Shown: positions 8,322 through 18,521, counted from the stretch's first letter. The stretch is DNA of 47,573 nt from an uncultured Thermodesulfovibrio sp. (GCA_964509535.1 CAZDXM010000039.1:1-47573), one strand, 5' to 3'. Notes: generated from the sequence alone by a model not told the origin. A program made the numbers and translations.

Positions 8322-9258
8322 AGTTGCTGTAATAGGTGCAGGATACTTTGGCCAGAGACACATACAGATACTTTCCCAGATGCCTGATGTTGAAATCACA
8401 GGCATTGTTGACACTGATATTAATAGAGCCAGAGAAATTGCAGAGGAGTATGGTTTAAAATATTTTGACAATTACAGATATTTACTGAATTCAGCCTCTG
8501 TATTTTTCATTGTAACTCCTACAAATACTCATTTTGATATTGCCATGGATCTGGTTAAAAAAGGTAAGGATTTATTTATAGAAAAGCCACTAACTGAAAG
8601 ACCTGAACTTGCAATGAATTTTATTAAAGAGGCAATGAATAATAATATAATTTTTCAGGTTGGTATGATAGAAAGATACAATCCTGCTGTAATGACTCTA
8701 CTTGGTTATGTAGACAACCCGATTTTTATTAAGGCTGAAAGAAGTTCACCTTTTTTGGGAAGGGCAACTGACACAGATGTAAGCTTTGACTTAATGATAC
8801 ATGATTTAGATTTGCTCTGGATGATTCTGAAGAAGGCAGGAACACTAAAAATTGAACATTTGAAGGTTTTTAAGAAAAGTTTAGTTACAGAAAAAATTGA
8901 TTTTGCAGCGGTATGGATTGACCTTTTATCAAATAATATTCCAGTAACTGCCAATCTGACAGCAAGCAGGATTTCATCAAACTTCAGAAGAGTTTTCATG
9001 ATTATTCAGAAGAAATTCCTATTACATGCAGATTTGATGAATAGAACAGTGATAAGGGTTGATAGGGATGGGAAATTAAGAGAGATTCCTGTAAGAAAAA
9101 AAGATGTTCAACCTCTTTATACCGAGATAAGAGATTTCCTTAATTCTGTGAGGGAAAGAAGGCTTTCCAGTTATGCTCCAACTGCCGAAGAGATTATAGA
9201 GGTTTTAGAGATTATAAACACAATAAACGGAGGCAATCCTGATGAAACCTTTTATTGA
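8311..9258 (+). CDS. Gfo/Idh/MocA oxidoreductase, probable UDP-GlcNAc 3-dehydrogenase GnnA
   Basis: VIGAGYFG, IEKP, ERYNPA, DLMIHDLD. Directly upstream of a DegT aminotransferase and lpxB. Confidence 0.8.
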   Translation: MKHKVAVIGAGYFGQRHIQILSQMPDVEITGIVDTDINRAREIAEEYGLKYFDNYRYLLNSASVFFIVTPTNTHFDIAMDLVKKGKDLFIEKPLTERPELAMNFIKEAMNNNIIFQVGMIERYNPAVMTLLGYVDNPIFIKAERSSPFLGRATDTDVSFDLMIHDLDLLWMILKKAGTLKIEHLKVFKKSLVTEKIDFAAVWIDLLSNNIPVTANLTASRISSNFRRVFMIIQKKFLLHADLMNRTVIRVDRDGKLREIPVRKKDVQPLYTEIRDFLNSVRERRLSSYAPTAEEIIEVLEIINTINGGNPDETFY

Positions 9259-10345
9259 TTTGAAGGAACAGTACAGAAATATCAAAGAAGAAATTTTAAC
9301 ATGTATAAATCAAATTCTTGAAAGTTCTCACTATATCTTGGGAGAAAATGTAAGACAATTTGAAGATGAGGTTAAATCCTATTTAGGGGTTGAGCATGCA
9401 ATAGGAGTTGCATCAGGGACAGATGCATTGCATCTTGCTTTGAGAGCTCTTGATATTGGTGAAGGTGATGAGGTAATAACAACTCCTTTTACATTTTTTG
9501 CAACTGTTGAGGCAATACTGTATGTTGGAGCAAAACCAGTTTTTGTTGATATAGAAGATAAAACATACAATATTGATTCTTCAAAAATTGAAGAAAAGAT
9601 AACCTCTCACACAAAAGCTATTTTACCTGTGCACATATTTGGTTGCCCTGCAGACATGAAGAAAATAAATCAAATTGCTCAAAAATACGGATTAAGGGTA
9701 ATAGAAGACGCTGCTCAGGCATTCGGTGCTAAAATAGAAAATAAAAGAGTAGGAAGTTTTGGAGATATTGGTTGTTTCAGCTTTTATCCAAGTAAAAATC
9801 TTGGCTGTTTTGGAGATGGGGGAATGATTGTAACAAATGATTCAGAGGTGGCTGAAAAGATAAAAGTTTTAAGAAATCATGGTTCTAAGGGAAGGTATAT
9901 TCATGAAAAGGTAGGTTTAAATTCAAGGCTTGATGAGATTCAGGCAGGAGTATTAAGGATTAAGCTGAGGCATATAGAGCATTATAATGAGCAGAGAAGA
10001 AGAAAAGCCGCACTTTATACAAAATTATTAAATGAATATGTGATTACACCAAAAGAACCAGAAAATACCCATCATGTTTATCATCTTTACAGCATTCGTT
10101 CCTCTTACAGGGATGAGATAAAAGAAACTCTTTTAAGGCATGGAATTCCGTCGGTTGTATATTATCCAGTTCCTATGCATCTACAGAAAGCTGTAAGTTT
10201 TTTAGGTTACAGAGAGGGTGATTTCCCTCGGGCAGAAGCTGTATCAAGGGAGATTTTATCTTTACCTATTTATCCAGAACTTCCTGATGAGGAAGTTTAT
10301 GAGATATCACAGATGATAATAAGATGCCTTCAAAAAAACTTTTAA
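9242..10345 (+). CDS. DegT/DnrJ/EryC1/StrS PLP aminotransferase, probable GnnB
   Basis: SGTDAL, IEDAAQA, FSFYPSKNLG, NSRLDEIQA. Confidence 0.88.
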   Translation: MKPFIDLKEQYRNIKEEILTCINQILESSHYILGENVRQFEDEVKSYLGVEHAIGVASGTDALHLALRALDIGEGDEVITTPFTFFATVEAILYVGAKPVFVDIEDKTYNIDSSKIEEKITSHTKAILPVHIFGCPADMKKINQIAQKYGLRVIEDAAQAFGAKIENKRVGSFGDIGCFSFYPSKNLGCFGDGGMIVTNDSEVAEKIKVLRNHGSKGRYIHEKVGLNSRLDEIQAGVLRIKLRHIEHYNEQRRRKAALYTKLLNEYVITPKEPENTHHVYHLYSIRSSYRDEIKETLLRHGIPSVVYYPVPMHLQKAVSFLGYREGDFPRAEAVSREILSLPIYPELPDEEVYEISQMIIRCLQKNF

Positions 10346-11490
10346 TAGTTGCAGGAGAGTCCTCAGGAGAACTTTATGGTTCTTTGATTGCCCGTTATCT
10401 AAGGAATGATTTTGAGCTTATTGGTATAGGTGGAAAACATATGTCTCGGGCAGGGGTAAAACTTATAGGTGAGATTACTCATGCTCTGGGTGTATTTGAA
10501 GTTATTGGAAAATTAAAGAAATTAAAACATAATATGAAAATGGCAACAGAGGCATTAAAAGAGGTAAATGGAGTTATTCTTATTGATTTTCCCGATTTCA
10601 ATTTGGCTCTTGCAAAAAAAGCAAAAGTTTTTGATAAAAAGATTCTTTACTATGTAAGTCCGCAAATCTGGGCATGGAGGAAAGCAAGATTAAATAAAAT
10701 CAAAAAGTTAGTTGATTATATGGCTGTAGTCCTGCCTTTTGAAGAAGAGATATATAGAAGGATTCATGTCCCTGTAAAATTTGTTGGACATCCTATGTAT
10801 GAGGTTATGAAAGAAGAATTAAACAGTTTAGGCTTAAATTTTGACAATGAAGATTTAAGCTCTGATGATAAAAAAAATATAAGAGATAAATTTGGAATTA
10901 AACAGGATACAGTAATTACCCTCATGCCTGGAAGCAGACCTTCTGAAATAAAAAGAAAGATGCCATTAATGTTGAGCCTGATAGATTACTTTGATAGGCA
11001 GAAAATTCATTTTATAATACCTAAGGCACCTGATATTGAATTTGATGAAGAAACTCTTAAAAAGCTTACATTATGCGGAAATGTTACAATTTTCAATGAG
11101 CAATCTTTCACAGCACTTGCAATGAGTGATGTAGCTGTTATCGCATCAGGAACATCAACACTTCAGGCAACACTGGTTAAAATCCCTATGGCAGTTGTTT
11201 ACAGACTGAATCCTGTTTCTTATTTGATAGGCAGGGCTATGGTCAAAGGTGTAAAACATATTGCTATACCAAATGTTATTGTTGATTTTATGAACGAAAA
11301 TAACATTCGTATTCCTGAATTCATCCAGAAAATTTCAACTATAGAGATTGCTGAGGAGGTAAATAAAATGCTTTATGATAATTCCTACAGAGATAAAATA
11401 ATCAATTTTCTCGGAAAGATTAGAAAATATTTTATTGGTAAAGAAGCATCAAAGGAAGTATACAATATATGCACAAAGCTTTTTTATTGA
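10324..11490 (+). CDS. lpxB: Lipid-A-disaccharide synthase
   Basis: AGESSG, IDFPDFN, YVSPQIWAWR, LPFE, FVGHP, PGSR, SGTSTL. Confidence 0.95.
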   Translation: MPSKKLLIVAGESSGELYGSLIARYLRNDFELIGIGGKHMSRAGVKLIGEITHALGVFEVIGKLKKLKHNMKMATEALKEVNGVILIDFPDFNLALAKKAKVFDKKILYYVSPQIWAWRKARLNKIKKLVDYMAVVLPFEEEIYRRIHVPVKFVGHPMYEVMKEELNSLGLNFDNEDLSSDDKKNIRDKFGIKQDTVITLMPGSRPSEIKRKMPLMLSLIDYFDRQKIHFIIPKAPDIEFDEETLKKLTLCGNVTIFNEQSFTALAMSDVAVIASGTSTLQATLVKIPMAVVYRLNPVSYLIGRAMVKGVKHIAIPNVIVDFMNENNIRIPEFIQKISTIEIAEEVNKMLYDNSYRDKIINFLGKIRKYFIGKEASKEVYNICTKLFY

Positions 11491-12728
11491 TATATAAGAT
11501 TCTTTATATCATAGTAGCTTTATTTTTACTGCCAGGGGAATATTTTAAAAGACCTTCTCAATTAAGAAACCGATGGATTAGAGAAAAATTCGGATTTTTT
11601 AGGGCACCAGACGAAAAAATACAGGATAAAAAGCCAAAAATATGGGTACATGCTGTTTCTGTTGGAGAAGTAATTTCAGTACAGAGTTTAATAAAAAAGC
11701 TATCAGAAAATTATGAGATAATACTGAGCACAATAACTGATACAGGACAGAGAGTTGCCGAAGATAGATTCAAAGATTATCCTGTAAAGATTATTTATAT
11801 GCCATTTGATACTTCATGTGCCCTGAGAAGGACTCTTAGGGTTTTCAATCCTTCTGCCCTTATACTTACAGAAACAGAGTTATGGCCAAATTTGATATAT
11901 CTGTCATCAAAAAAAATGCCTGTTATTCTTGTAAATGGAAGGCTCAGTAATAAGTCATTCAAAGGTTACAGAAAAATCAGATTCTTTATAAAGCACTTAC
12001 TCAAAAGTATGAGTCTCATATGCGTTCAGGAACAGGACTATAAAGAAAGATTTCTTATGCTCGGTGCAGATGAAAGAAAACTTTATGTTACGGGTAACAT
12101 GAAGTTTGACATAGAACTTAAAGAAATAAAATTTAGCTGGGAATCACTTATTCAGCATCCTGTTATCCTTGCAGGAAGCACCCATGAGTCTGAAGAGGAA
12201 GTTATTTTAGATGCTTTTTTAAAGCTTAATCTTGACGCAACTTTAATAATTGCACCCAGGCATCCAGAGAGATTTGAAGAGGTTGAGATTCTGATAAAAA
12301 ACAGGATTAAAGAATTAAGAGAAGTTAATTTCTCAAAATTAAGCAAATTCAGCCCTACTAGACCATCAGCCTATATAATTCTTGTCGATCAGATGGGTAT
12401 TCTTGGCTGTCTTTACAGAATTTGTGATGTCGCCATTATAGGAGGAAGCTTTATACCTCATGGAGGACAGAATCCTCTTGAACCTGCTTACTGGAAAAAA
12501 CCAATAATCTGTGGTCCATACATGCATAACTTTCCATTCATTGAAGAATTCTTAAAACAGGAGGCTTGTTTAATGACAGACAAAGATGGGCTGACATATT
12601 TATTATCTGAACTGTTAAAAAGTTCAAAAAATATGCAGGAAATTGGACAGAGAGCATATAAGATTTTTTTAAAAAAATCAGGAGCTACAGAGAAAACTCT
12701 TAAATTATTAAAAAATATTATTCAGTAG
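11469..12728 (+). CDS. waaA: 3-deoxy-D-manno-octulosonic acid (Kdo) transferase
   Basis: WVHAVSVGE, ETELWPN, GNMKFD, GSTH, APRHPERF, GGQNPLEPA. Confidence 0.95.
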   Translation: MHKAFLLIYKILYIIVALFLLPGEYFKRPSQLRNRWIREKFGFFRAPDEKIQDKKPKIWVHAVSVGEVISVQSLIKKLSENYEIILSTITDTGQRVAEDRFKDYPVKIIYMPFDTSCALRRTLRVFNPSALILTETELWPNLIYLSSKKMPVILVNGRLSNKSFKGYRKIRFFIKHLLKSMSLICVQEQDYKERFLMLGADERKLYVTGNMKFDIELKEIKFSWESLIQHPVILAGSTHESEEEVILDAFLKLNLDATLIIAPRHPERFEEVEILIKNRIKELREVNFSKLSKFSPTRPSAYIILVDQMGILGCLYRICDVAIIGGSFIPHGGQNPLEPAYWKKPIICGPYMHNFPFIEEFLKQEACLMTDKDGLTYLLSELLKSSKNMQEIGQRAYKIFLKKSGATEKTLKLLKNIIQ

Positions 12729-13713
12729 CAAGTCCTTCCAGATGGGAGAGTTTATCTGTCTGTCCAACTACAATGAGAGTATCTCCTTCTTTAATTAAAG
12801 TTTGAGAAGTTGGATTAAACTTCATCCTTCCATCAGCTCTTTTTATCCCAATTATTATTACTCCAATGTCTCTTCCAATTCCGCTTTGTGCAATTGTTTT
12901 TCCAACAAGTTTTGATTTTGGAACTACTTCAATTTCTTCTATCTGGATTTCAGCATATTCAGAACGTGTTGCAAATTCTAAAAAATCAACAACTGTTGGT
13001 CTCAAAACAGTATGAGCGATTCTTAGACCACCTATAAAATATGGAGATACTACTCTGTTTGCGCCTGCTCTTTTAAGTTTTGCTTCTGCTTCCTTTTCAA
13101 CTGCCCTTGCAACAATGAAGAGATTTTGGTTAAGTTCTCTTGCACTCAAAACAACATAAAGATTTTCTGCATCAGTTGGCAGAACTGTAATTAATCCTTT
13201 TGCTTTTTCAATTCCTGCAGATTTCAAAACATGATCATGTGTTGCATCTCCTATAACATAGAGCAGTTCTTCATCCTCTGAAATATTGCCTTCATTTTTT
13301 TCAATAATCACTACAGGAATATTGTTTGCTTTCAATTCTTTAGTAATTATGCTTCCCATCCTTCCATATCCACAGATAATATAATGCCCAGATAAGGATT
13401 CAATTTTCTTTCTCATTTTTCTTTTTTTAAAAACCTCCTTTATCTCACCTTCAATTATAATTTTTGCTCCTACTGTAAGTGTATATGTAAATACTCCAAA
13501 TCCAGTTAATATAAGAAAAATTGTAAAAATTTTACCTGTTTCATCCAGTTCTTTGACCTCTTTAAAGCCTACAGTTGCAAGAGTAATTACTGTCATGTAA
13601 AGAGCGTCAATAAACCTTATATTTTCAATAAACATATAACCAGTTGTTCCGAATAAAATAACAGAGATAAAAAGAATTGAAATAAACAAAAGTTTTTTGC
13701 TTACTTGGTTCAT
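12718..13713 (-). CDS. Potassium channel protein (2TM pore plus RCK/TrkA-N and TrkA-C domains)
   Basis: DALYMTVITLATVGF pore, HYIICGYGRMG, GDAT, C-terminal TrkA-C. Confidence 0.9.
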   Translation of the reverse strand: MNQVSKKLLFISILFISVILFGTTGYMFIENIRFIDALYMTVITLATVGFKEVKELDETGKIFTIFLILTGFGVFTYTLTVGAKIIIEGEIKEVFKKRKMRKKIESLSGHYIICGYGRMGSIITKELKANNIPVVIIEKNEGNISEDEELLYVIGDATHDHVLKSAGIEKAKGLITVLPTDAENLYVVLSARELNQNLFIVARAVEKEAEAKLKRAGANRVVSPYFIGGLRIAHTVLRPTVVDFLEFATRSEYAEIQIEEIEVVPKSKLVGKTIAQSGIGRDIGVIIIGIKRADGRMKFNPTSQTLIKEGDTLIVVGQTDKLSHLEGLATE

Positions 13714-13717
13714 ACTC

Positions 13718-16060
13718 TTAACTTTTCAACCTTTTTCCTACAATATAAGCCTGTCCGAGAGAGATGCAGGCATCGTTGCTTGGGACATTCATATGATAAA
13801 GAGGCTTTATGCCTATTTTTCGTAATGCCTTTATGGTTTCCCTTATTATATAGGCATTCTGAAAGACACCCCCGCTTAAGCCTACTTTATCAAAGCCTAT
13901 TTTTTCTCTGAAATATTGAGTGAGCTCAAGGATTATTTTGATTATGGTGTTATGAAATTTCCACGAGATAAAAGAGATTCCTCCTTTAAGGGTCTCATCA
14001 ACTATTTCTTTAATCATGGGCTTATAATCTATTATTATAGGCTTATCTGAGGAGGAAATAATCAAATCAAAGGAATAGCAATCTTTTTCAGAAAACTCCA
14101 TGCCCTTATTTATCAAACTCTCAAGAGCTATTGCTGCTTCTGCTTCAAAAGTATTGTAATGACAAACTCCAATAATAGATGATACTCCGTCAAAAAGTCT
14201 ACCAAGACCTGATGAAAGAGGGCTAAAAGAGGATAGTTTTTTTATTTTAAGTATTTGCTTAATTTTGTTTTCTTCAACAGAATTTGCAAGGGGCAGCTTT
14301 TTTATTAAATCCATATCTTCACCAAAAGCATCATCAATCAAAGAAAGAGCCATTCTTAAGCATTCCTTTATAGCATTTTCACCTCCCGGTAGCCTCATAG
14401 GTTTTAAATGAGCAACTCTCTTAAAATCATTCACTGTACAGTATAAAAACTCACTTCCCCAGATGGTGCCATCAATGCCGTAACCTGTGCCATCAAAGGC
14501 AATGCCAAAAACTTCATTGATTCCGTGTTCTACCATCAAAGAGGCTATATGGCAATAATGATGCTGAAGAGCAAAGGCCGGGATACCTTTTTTTTCAGCA
14601 TGCTCCTTTGCCCACTGGGTTGAAAAATACATGGGATGAAGGTCATGTCCCAATGCTACAGGCTCAATGCGATATACGGATTTTAGATTATTTAAAACCT
14701 CCTCATAAAATTCAAAGGTTTCAAGATTTTCCATGTCTCCTATGTGCTGACTCATTATTGCGTAGTTTGACTTTATGAGTGTAAAAGTGTTCTTTAAATC
14801 AGCACCTGCACCAAGGACTTCAGGTAGTTCTTCTTGAAGAGCTATTGCCTTTGGAACAAAACCCCTTGCCCTTCTTATAAAGTAATTTTTACCTTCCAGT
14901 TCTCTTACAACAGAGTCATCAACACGCATGAATATCTCTCTATTGTGCAATAAAAAAGCATCTGCCACACTGCCGAGTTTTTCTAATGATTCTTCGTTTT
15001 TTGTTATGATAGGCTCTTCAGAGATGTTTCCACTTGTCATTACAAGAGCTTCAAAGTTAGGTATTTTTCTATCATTACAAGGCACGAACCGGCGAGGAAT
15101 TTTCTCCTCTGGATAATAAAACAATAAATAATGTAATGGCGTATAGGGTAGCATAAAGCCAAGATGGGAATTATTTGGTGCAAGAACCTCTGGAAGAATG
15201 CAATCAGGCTTTTTTCTGAGCAGAACAATGGGTCTCATTGAAGAGGTTAAAATTTTTCTTTCAGCCTCTGACAGAAAGCAAAATTTCTCCACTGACTCAA
15301 TTTCTGCTGCCATAAGGGCAAAAGGTTTATTACTTCTCTTTTTTCTTTTTCTTAAATTCTCTATTGCCTCTGGATTTTTAGCATCACAGCATAGATGAAA
15401 TCCCCCAAGTCCTCTGATTGCAAGAATTTTTCCTTCTTTGATAAGTCTGATTGCCTCCCTTATTGGATTTTCAATTTCCTTTAATTCATCATCAGTTTTT
15501 ACTAAAAGACTCACCTGAGGACCACACACAGGGCATGCATTTGGTTGAGCATGAAATCTTCTGTTTGAAGGGTCTTTGTATTCTTTCATACATTCTGAAC
15601 ACATCTTAAAAACTGCCATTGTAGTATTTGGTCTGTCATAGGGAATTTTAATAGTAATTGTGTAACGGGGGCCACAGTTTGTGCAGTTTATGAAGGGATA
15701 AAGGTATCTTCTGTCAGAAGGTGTAAAAAGCTCTCTGAGACAGTCCTCACATATGGAAACATCCTCTGATACATGAGTAAATCCTGCATCATCTATGCTT
15801 TCAATTATCTCAAAAGTTTGATAATTATTAAGTGGAAGCTCCTGAGTATCTATTGAGTAAATCTTTGCAAGTGGAGGAGGTTCATTTTGTAACTTTCTCA
15901 AAAACTCCCCAACTCTTTCCCCTTCTATCTCAATTGTCACTCCCTTTGATGTATTTGTAACAAACCCATTTAGATTAAGGGTTTTTGCAAGATTATAGAC
16001 AAAAGGTCTGAACCCTACTCCCTGAACGACTCCTTTAACCTTTATGTGCAGGCGTTTCAT
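13718..16060 (-). CDS. hypF: [NiFe]-hydrogenase maturation carbamoyltransferase
   Basis: GVVQGVGFRPF, zinc fingers CxxC...CTNCGPRY and C...HAQPNACPVCGP, KPFALM, HDLHP, QHH, DGTGYG. Confidence 0.97.
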   Translation of the reverse strand: MKRLHIKVKGVVQGVGFRPFVYNLAKTLNLNGFVTNTSKGVTIEIEGERVGEFLRKLQNEPPPLAKIYSIDTQELPLNNYQTFEIIESIDDAGFTHVSEDVSICEDCLRELFTPSDRRYLYPFINCTNCGPRYTITIKIPYDRPNTTMAVFKMCSECMKEYKDPSNRRFHAQPNACPVCGPQVSLLVKTDDELKEIENPIREAIRLIKEGKILAIRGLGGFHLCCDAKNPEAIENLRKRKKRSNKPFALMAAEIESVEKFCFLSEAERKILTSSMRPIVLLRKKPDCILPEVLAPNNSHLGFMLPYTPLHYLLFYYPEEKIPRRFVPCNDRKIPNFEALVMTSGNISEEPIITKNEESLEKLGSVADAFLLHNREIFMRVDDSVVRELEGKNYFIRRARGFVPKAIALQEELPEVLGAGADLKNTFTLIKSNYAIMSQHIGDMENLETFEFYEEVLNNLKSVYRIEPVALGHDLHPMYFSTQWAKEHAEKKGIPAFALQHHYCHIASLMVEHGINEVFGIAFDGTGYGIDGTIWGSEFLYCTVNDFKRVAHLKPMRLPGGENAIKECLRMALSLIDDAFGEDMDLIKKLPLANSVEENKIKQILKIKKLSSFSPLSSGLGRLFDGVSSIIGVCHYNTFEAEAAIALESLINKGMEFSEKDCYSFDLIISSSDKPIIIDYKPMIKEIVDETLKGGISFISWKFHNTIIKIILELTQYFREKIGFDKVGLSGGVFQNAYIIRETIKALRKIGIKPLYHMNVPSNDACISLGQAYIVGKRLKS
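15071..15104. repeat. Degenerate REP-like element inserted in frame in hypF
   Basis: ATCATTACAAGGCACGAACCGGCGAGGAATTTTC resembles the GTCATTGCGAG...GCGAGGAATCTC repeat family (recalled). It is a GC-rich patch encoding a KIP-RRFVPCND-RKIP segment. Confidence 0.45.
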
Positions 16061-16063
16061 GTA

Positions 16064-16669
16064 TTAGAATAACATTAATTCTCTTACTGGAGAAAAGCTT
16101 TTTCTGTGAATGGGACAGGGGCCAAATTTTTTGAGAGCCTGCAGATGTTCTTTTGTGGCATATCCTTTATTTCTTTCAAAACCATACTGGCAATATTTTT
16201 CATGATAATTTTTCATTATTCTGTCTCTTGTAACTTTAGCTATGATGCTTGCAGAGGCAATTGAGGCACTCTTCTGGTCTCCCTTGATTATTGCTCTCTG
16301 AGATATTTTTAACTCTGGCAGGGAAAGAGCATCTATCAGTAAAAGTTCCACTTTTCTGCCAAGATTTTTATAAGCTTTAATCATTGCAAGGCGGGTAGCC
16401 TCAAGTATGTTTATTCTGTCAATTAGCTCTACATCAATAATTCCAATTCCTACAAAAGCATTACTGATTATCTGGTCAAAAAGGCTTTCTCTTTGCTCGG
16501 CAGTTAATTCTTTTGAATCCTTTATTCCTTCAATAAATACATTATCTCTGAAACTCACACAGGCTGCAACAACAGGACCTGCAAGGCATCCTCTTCCAGC
16601 CTCATCAATTCCAGCAATACTGCTGTATCCCTGAGCGAGAAAATACTCATCAAAGGCAAAAAGGTTCAT
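16064..16669 (-). CDS. rnhB: Ribonuclease HII
   Basis: [34 protein letters not shown]. Confidence 0.96.
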   Translation of the reverse strand: MNLFAFDEYFLAQGYSSIAGIDEAGRGCLAGPVVAACVSFRDNVFIEGIKDSKELTAEQRESLFDQIISNAFVGIGIIDVELIDRINILEATRLAMIKAYKNLGRKVELLLIDALSLPELKISQRAIIKGDQKSASIASASIIAKVTRDRIMKNYHEKYCQYGFERNKGYATKEHLQALKKFGPCPIHRKSFSPVRELMLF

Positions 16670-17028
16670 GCCTTTTGATAATCTGTCTTTTCTTTAACCT
16701 TTGCCTCTTTACCTTTTTTTGTTCTTAAGTAGTAAAGTTTTGCTCTTCTTACCTCACCCCTTTTTACAACCTCAATTTTATCAATTATAGGACTATGAAG
16801 AGGAAATACACGCTCAACTCCTACTCCAAAGGAAATTTTTCTTACTGTAAAGGTTTCTCTCAATCCTTCGCCTCTTCTGGCAATAACAACTCCTTCAAAA
16901 ACCTGAATCCTCTCTTTATCTCCCTCTTTAACCTTTACGTGAACCCTTACAGTATCACCTGGTTTGAAATCAGGGATCTCACTCTTTTTAAATCTTTCCT
17001 CTATAGCTCTAATTATTACCTGGTTCAT
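16666..17028 (-). CDS. rplS: 50S ribosomal protein L19
   Basis: [38 protein letters not shown]. Confidence 0.98.
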   Translation of the reverse strand: MNQVIIRAIEERFKKSEIPDFKPGDTVRVHVKVKEGDKERIQVFEGVVIARRGEGLRETFTVRKISFGVGVERVFPLHSPIIDKIEVVKRGEVRRAKLYYLRTKKGKEAKVKEKTDYQKA

Positions 17029-17776
17029 GGACTCCCTCCAGAATTTTTTTATTTATTTCGGAGCAAAGCTCTTTGAGAATTTTCATTTCTTCACTGGATA
17101 AATTCTTCAACAAATCAGGTCTGTTTTTCAATGTATTTTTCAAGGCTTCTTTTTTTCTCCATAAAGCTATTTTTTTATGGTTACCACTTAATAGAATCTC
17201 AGGCACTTTCATTCCTTTAAATTCCTCTGGCCTTGTATAATGAGGATAGTCCAAAAATCCTCTCATAAAGGAATCTTCCTCTGCTGAAAGCTCATCTCCT
17301 AATGCTCCGGGTATGAGTCTTACAATACTATCTATTATAACCAATGCTGCCAGTTCTCCACCACTTAAAACATAATCTCCAATTGAGATTTCCTCATCCA
17401 CAAAGGCTTTAACCCTCTCATCAATACCTTCATATCTTCCGCATATTAGAGTGAGCATTTTATCTTTTCTGTAAAACTCCTGAGCAATAGTTTGATTAAA
17501 TCTTCTTCCCTGAGGTGAAAGTAAAATCACCTTTCTTGGTACATGATCACTTTTAATATGTGTCAATGCATTGTAAAAGGGCTCAATCTGCATAACCATT
17601 CCAGCTCCACCACCATAGGGATAGTCATCCACTTTTTTATGTTTATCAGTTGTAAAATCTCTTAAATTATGTATTTTCACTTCTGCAATCCCTTTATTTA
17701 ATGCTTTTCCAAGAACGCCGTGCTTCAGATAGCATTCAATTAATTCTGGAAATATTGTTAAAACTTCAAATCTCAT
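17009..17776 (-). CDS. trmD: tRNA (guanine37-N1)-methyltransferase
   Basis: [45 protein letters not shown]. Start set at ATG 17776 ([10 protein letters not shown]). Confidence 0.97.
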   Translation of the reverse strand: MRFEVLTIFPELIECYLKHGVLGKALNKGIAEVKIHNLRDFTTDKHKKVDDYPYGGGAGMVMQIEPFYNALTHIKSDHVPRKVILLSPQGRRFNQTIAQEFYRKDKMLTLICGRYEGIDERVKAFVDEEISIGDYVLSGGELAALVIIDSIVRLIPGALGDELSAEEDSFMRGFLDYPHYTRPEEFKGMKVPEILLSGNHKKIALWRKKEALKNTLKNRPDLLKNLSSEEMKILKELCSEINKKILEGVHEPGNN

Positions 17777-17794
17777 AAATTTTAATTTCAGGTC

Positions 17795-17825
17795 AAAAGA
17801 AAAGGGCGTGTTTATCACGCCCTTT
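17795..17825 (-). terminator. Rho-independent terminator between khpA and trmD
   Basis: Perfect hairpin AAAGGGCGTG-ATAAA-CACGCCCTTT running into TCTTTT on the minus strand. Confidence 0.8.
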
Positions 17826-17844
17826 ATTTAATTCTTTAAATGGA

Positions 17845-18081
17845 CTATTCTAAGATTTCAAGGACACATCTTTTACCCACTTTTGTTCCAGCAGCACCCA
17901 AGATGGTCCTCATAGCCCTTGCAGTTTTACCCTGCTTTCCGATTACCTTTCCAAGATCACTTGGAGCAACTCTGAGTTCATAAACAGTGGTTTTCTCACC
18001 CTCAATCTCAGTAACCTTGACCTCCTCTGGTTTGTCAACCAGTGACTTTGCCATTGTCTCAATGAGTGTCTTCATGCTCAT
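17845..18081 (-). CDS. khpA: KH-domain RNA-binding protein (KhpA/YlqC)
   Basis: [25 protein letters not shown]. Follows rpsP. Confidence 0.92.
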   Translation of the reverse strand: MSMKTLIETMAKSLVDKPEEVKVTEIEGEKTTVYELRVAPSDLGKVIGKQGKTARAMRTILGAAGTKVGKRCVLEILE

Positions 18082-18127
18082 GTTCTAACCTCCGTGCAAA
18101 AGAGTAGTAAATACCCAAATGGGTATG

Positions 18128-18364
18128 TTAAGCAGAAACGCGTTCAATTAACTTTTTAACAGTATCAGAAGGCTGTGCGCCCTTTTCAAGCCAGTAATTA
18201 ACCCTCTCCATATTGAGATTAATCGCCGGTGGTTCTGTCTTAGGGTTATATGTTCCAACAATTTCAATAAAAGGTCCGTTTCTTCGAGATTTTGCATCAG
18301 CCACAACAACCCTGTAAAATGGTTTTTTCTTTGCTCCCAACCTCATCAGTCTAATTCTGACCAA
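18128..18364 (-). CDS. rpsP: 30S ribosomal protein S16
   Basis: [38 protein letters not shown] start at 18364 lies 6 nt after GGAGG. Confidence 0.97.
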   Translation of the reverse strand: MVRIRLMRLGAKKKPFYRVVVADAKSRRNGPFIEIVGTYNPKTEPPAINLNMERVNYWLEKGAQPSDTVKKLIERVSA

Positions 18365-18521
18365 TTTCAACCTCCATTAATTAATTCTTCAACTTTAAAT
18401 ATATTATATTACTCATTATAAATTCAACTGTTCAAAAAAATAATATGTGACTTGACTTTAGAAATAACAGACAAACTCTCTTTTTAATCTAAAATTATAA
18501 CCAACTGAAAATATACAGATA

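Noticed and set aside
12340-12375. Ser/Pro-rich linker in WaaA (FSPTRPSAY) as another repeat insertion
   Set aside because: Only a 6-nt TCAGCC duplication, with no recognisable element.
17777-17818. N-terminal extension of TrmD
   Set aside because: It begins inside the terminator hairpin. [10 protein letters not shown] is the canonical start.
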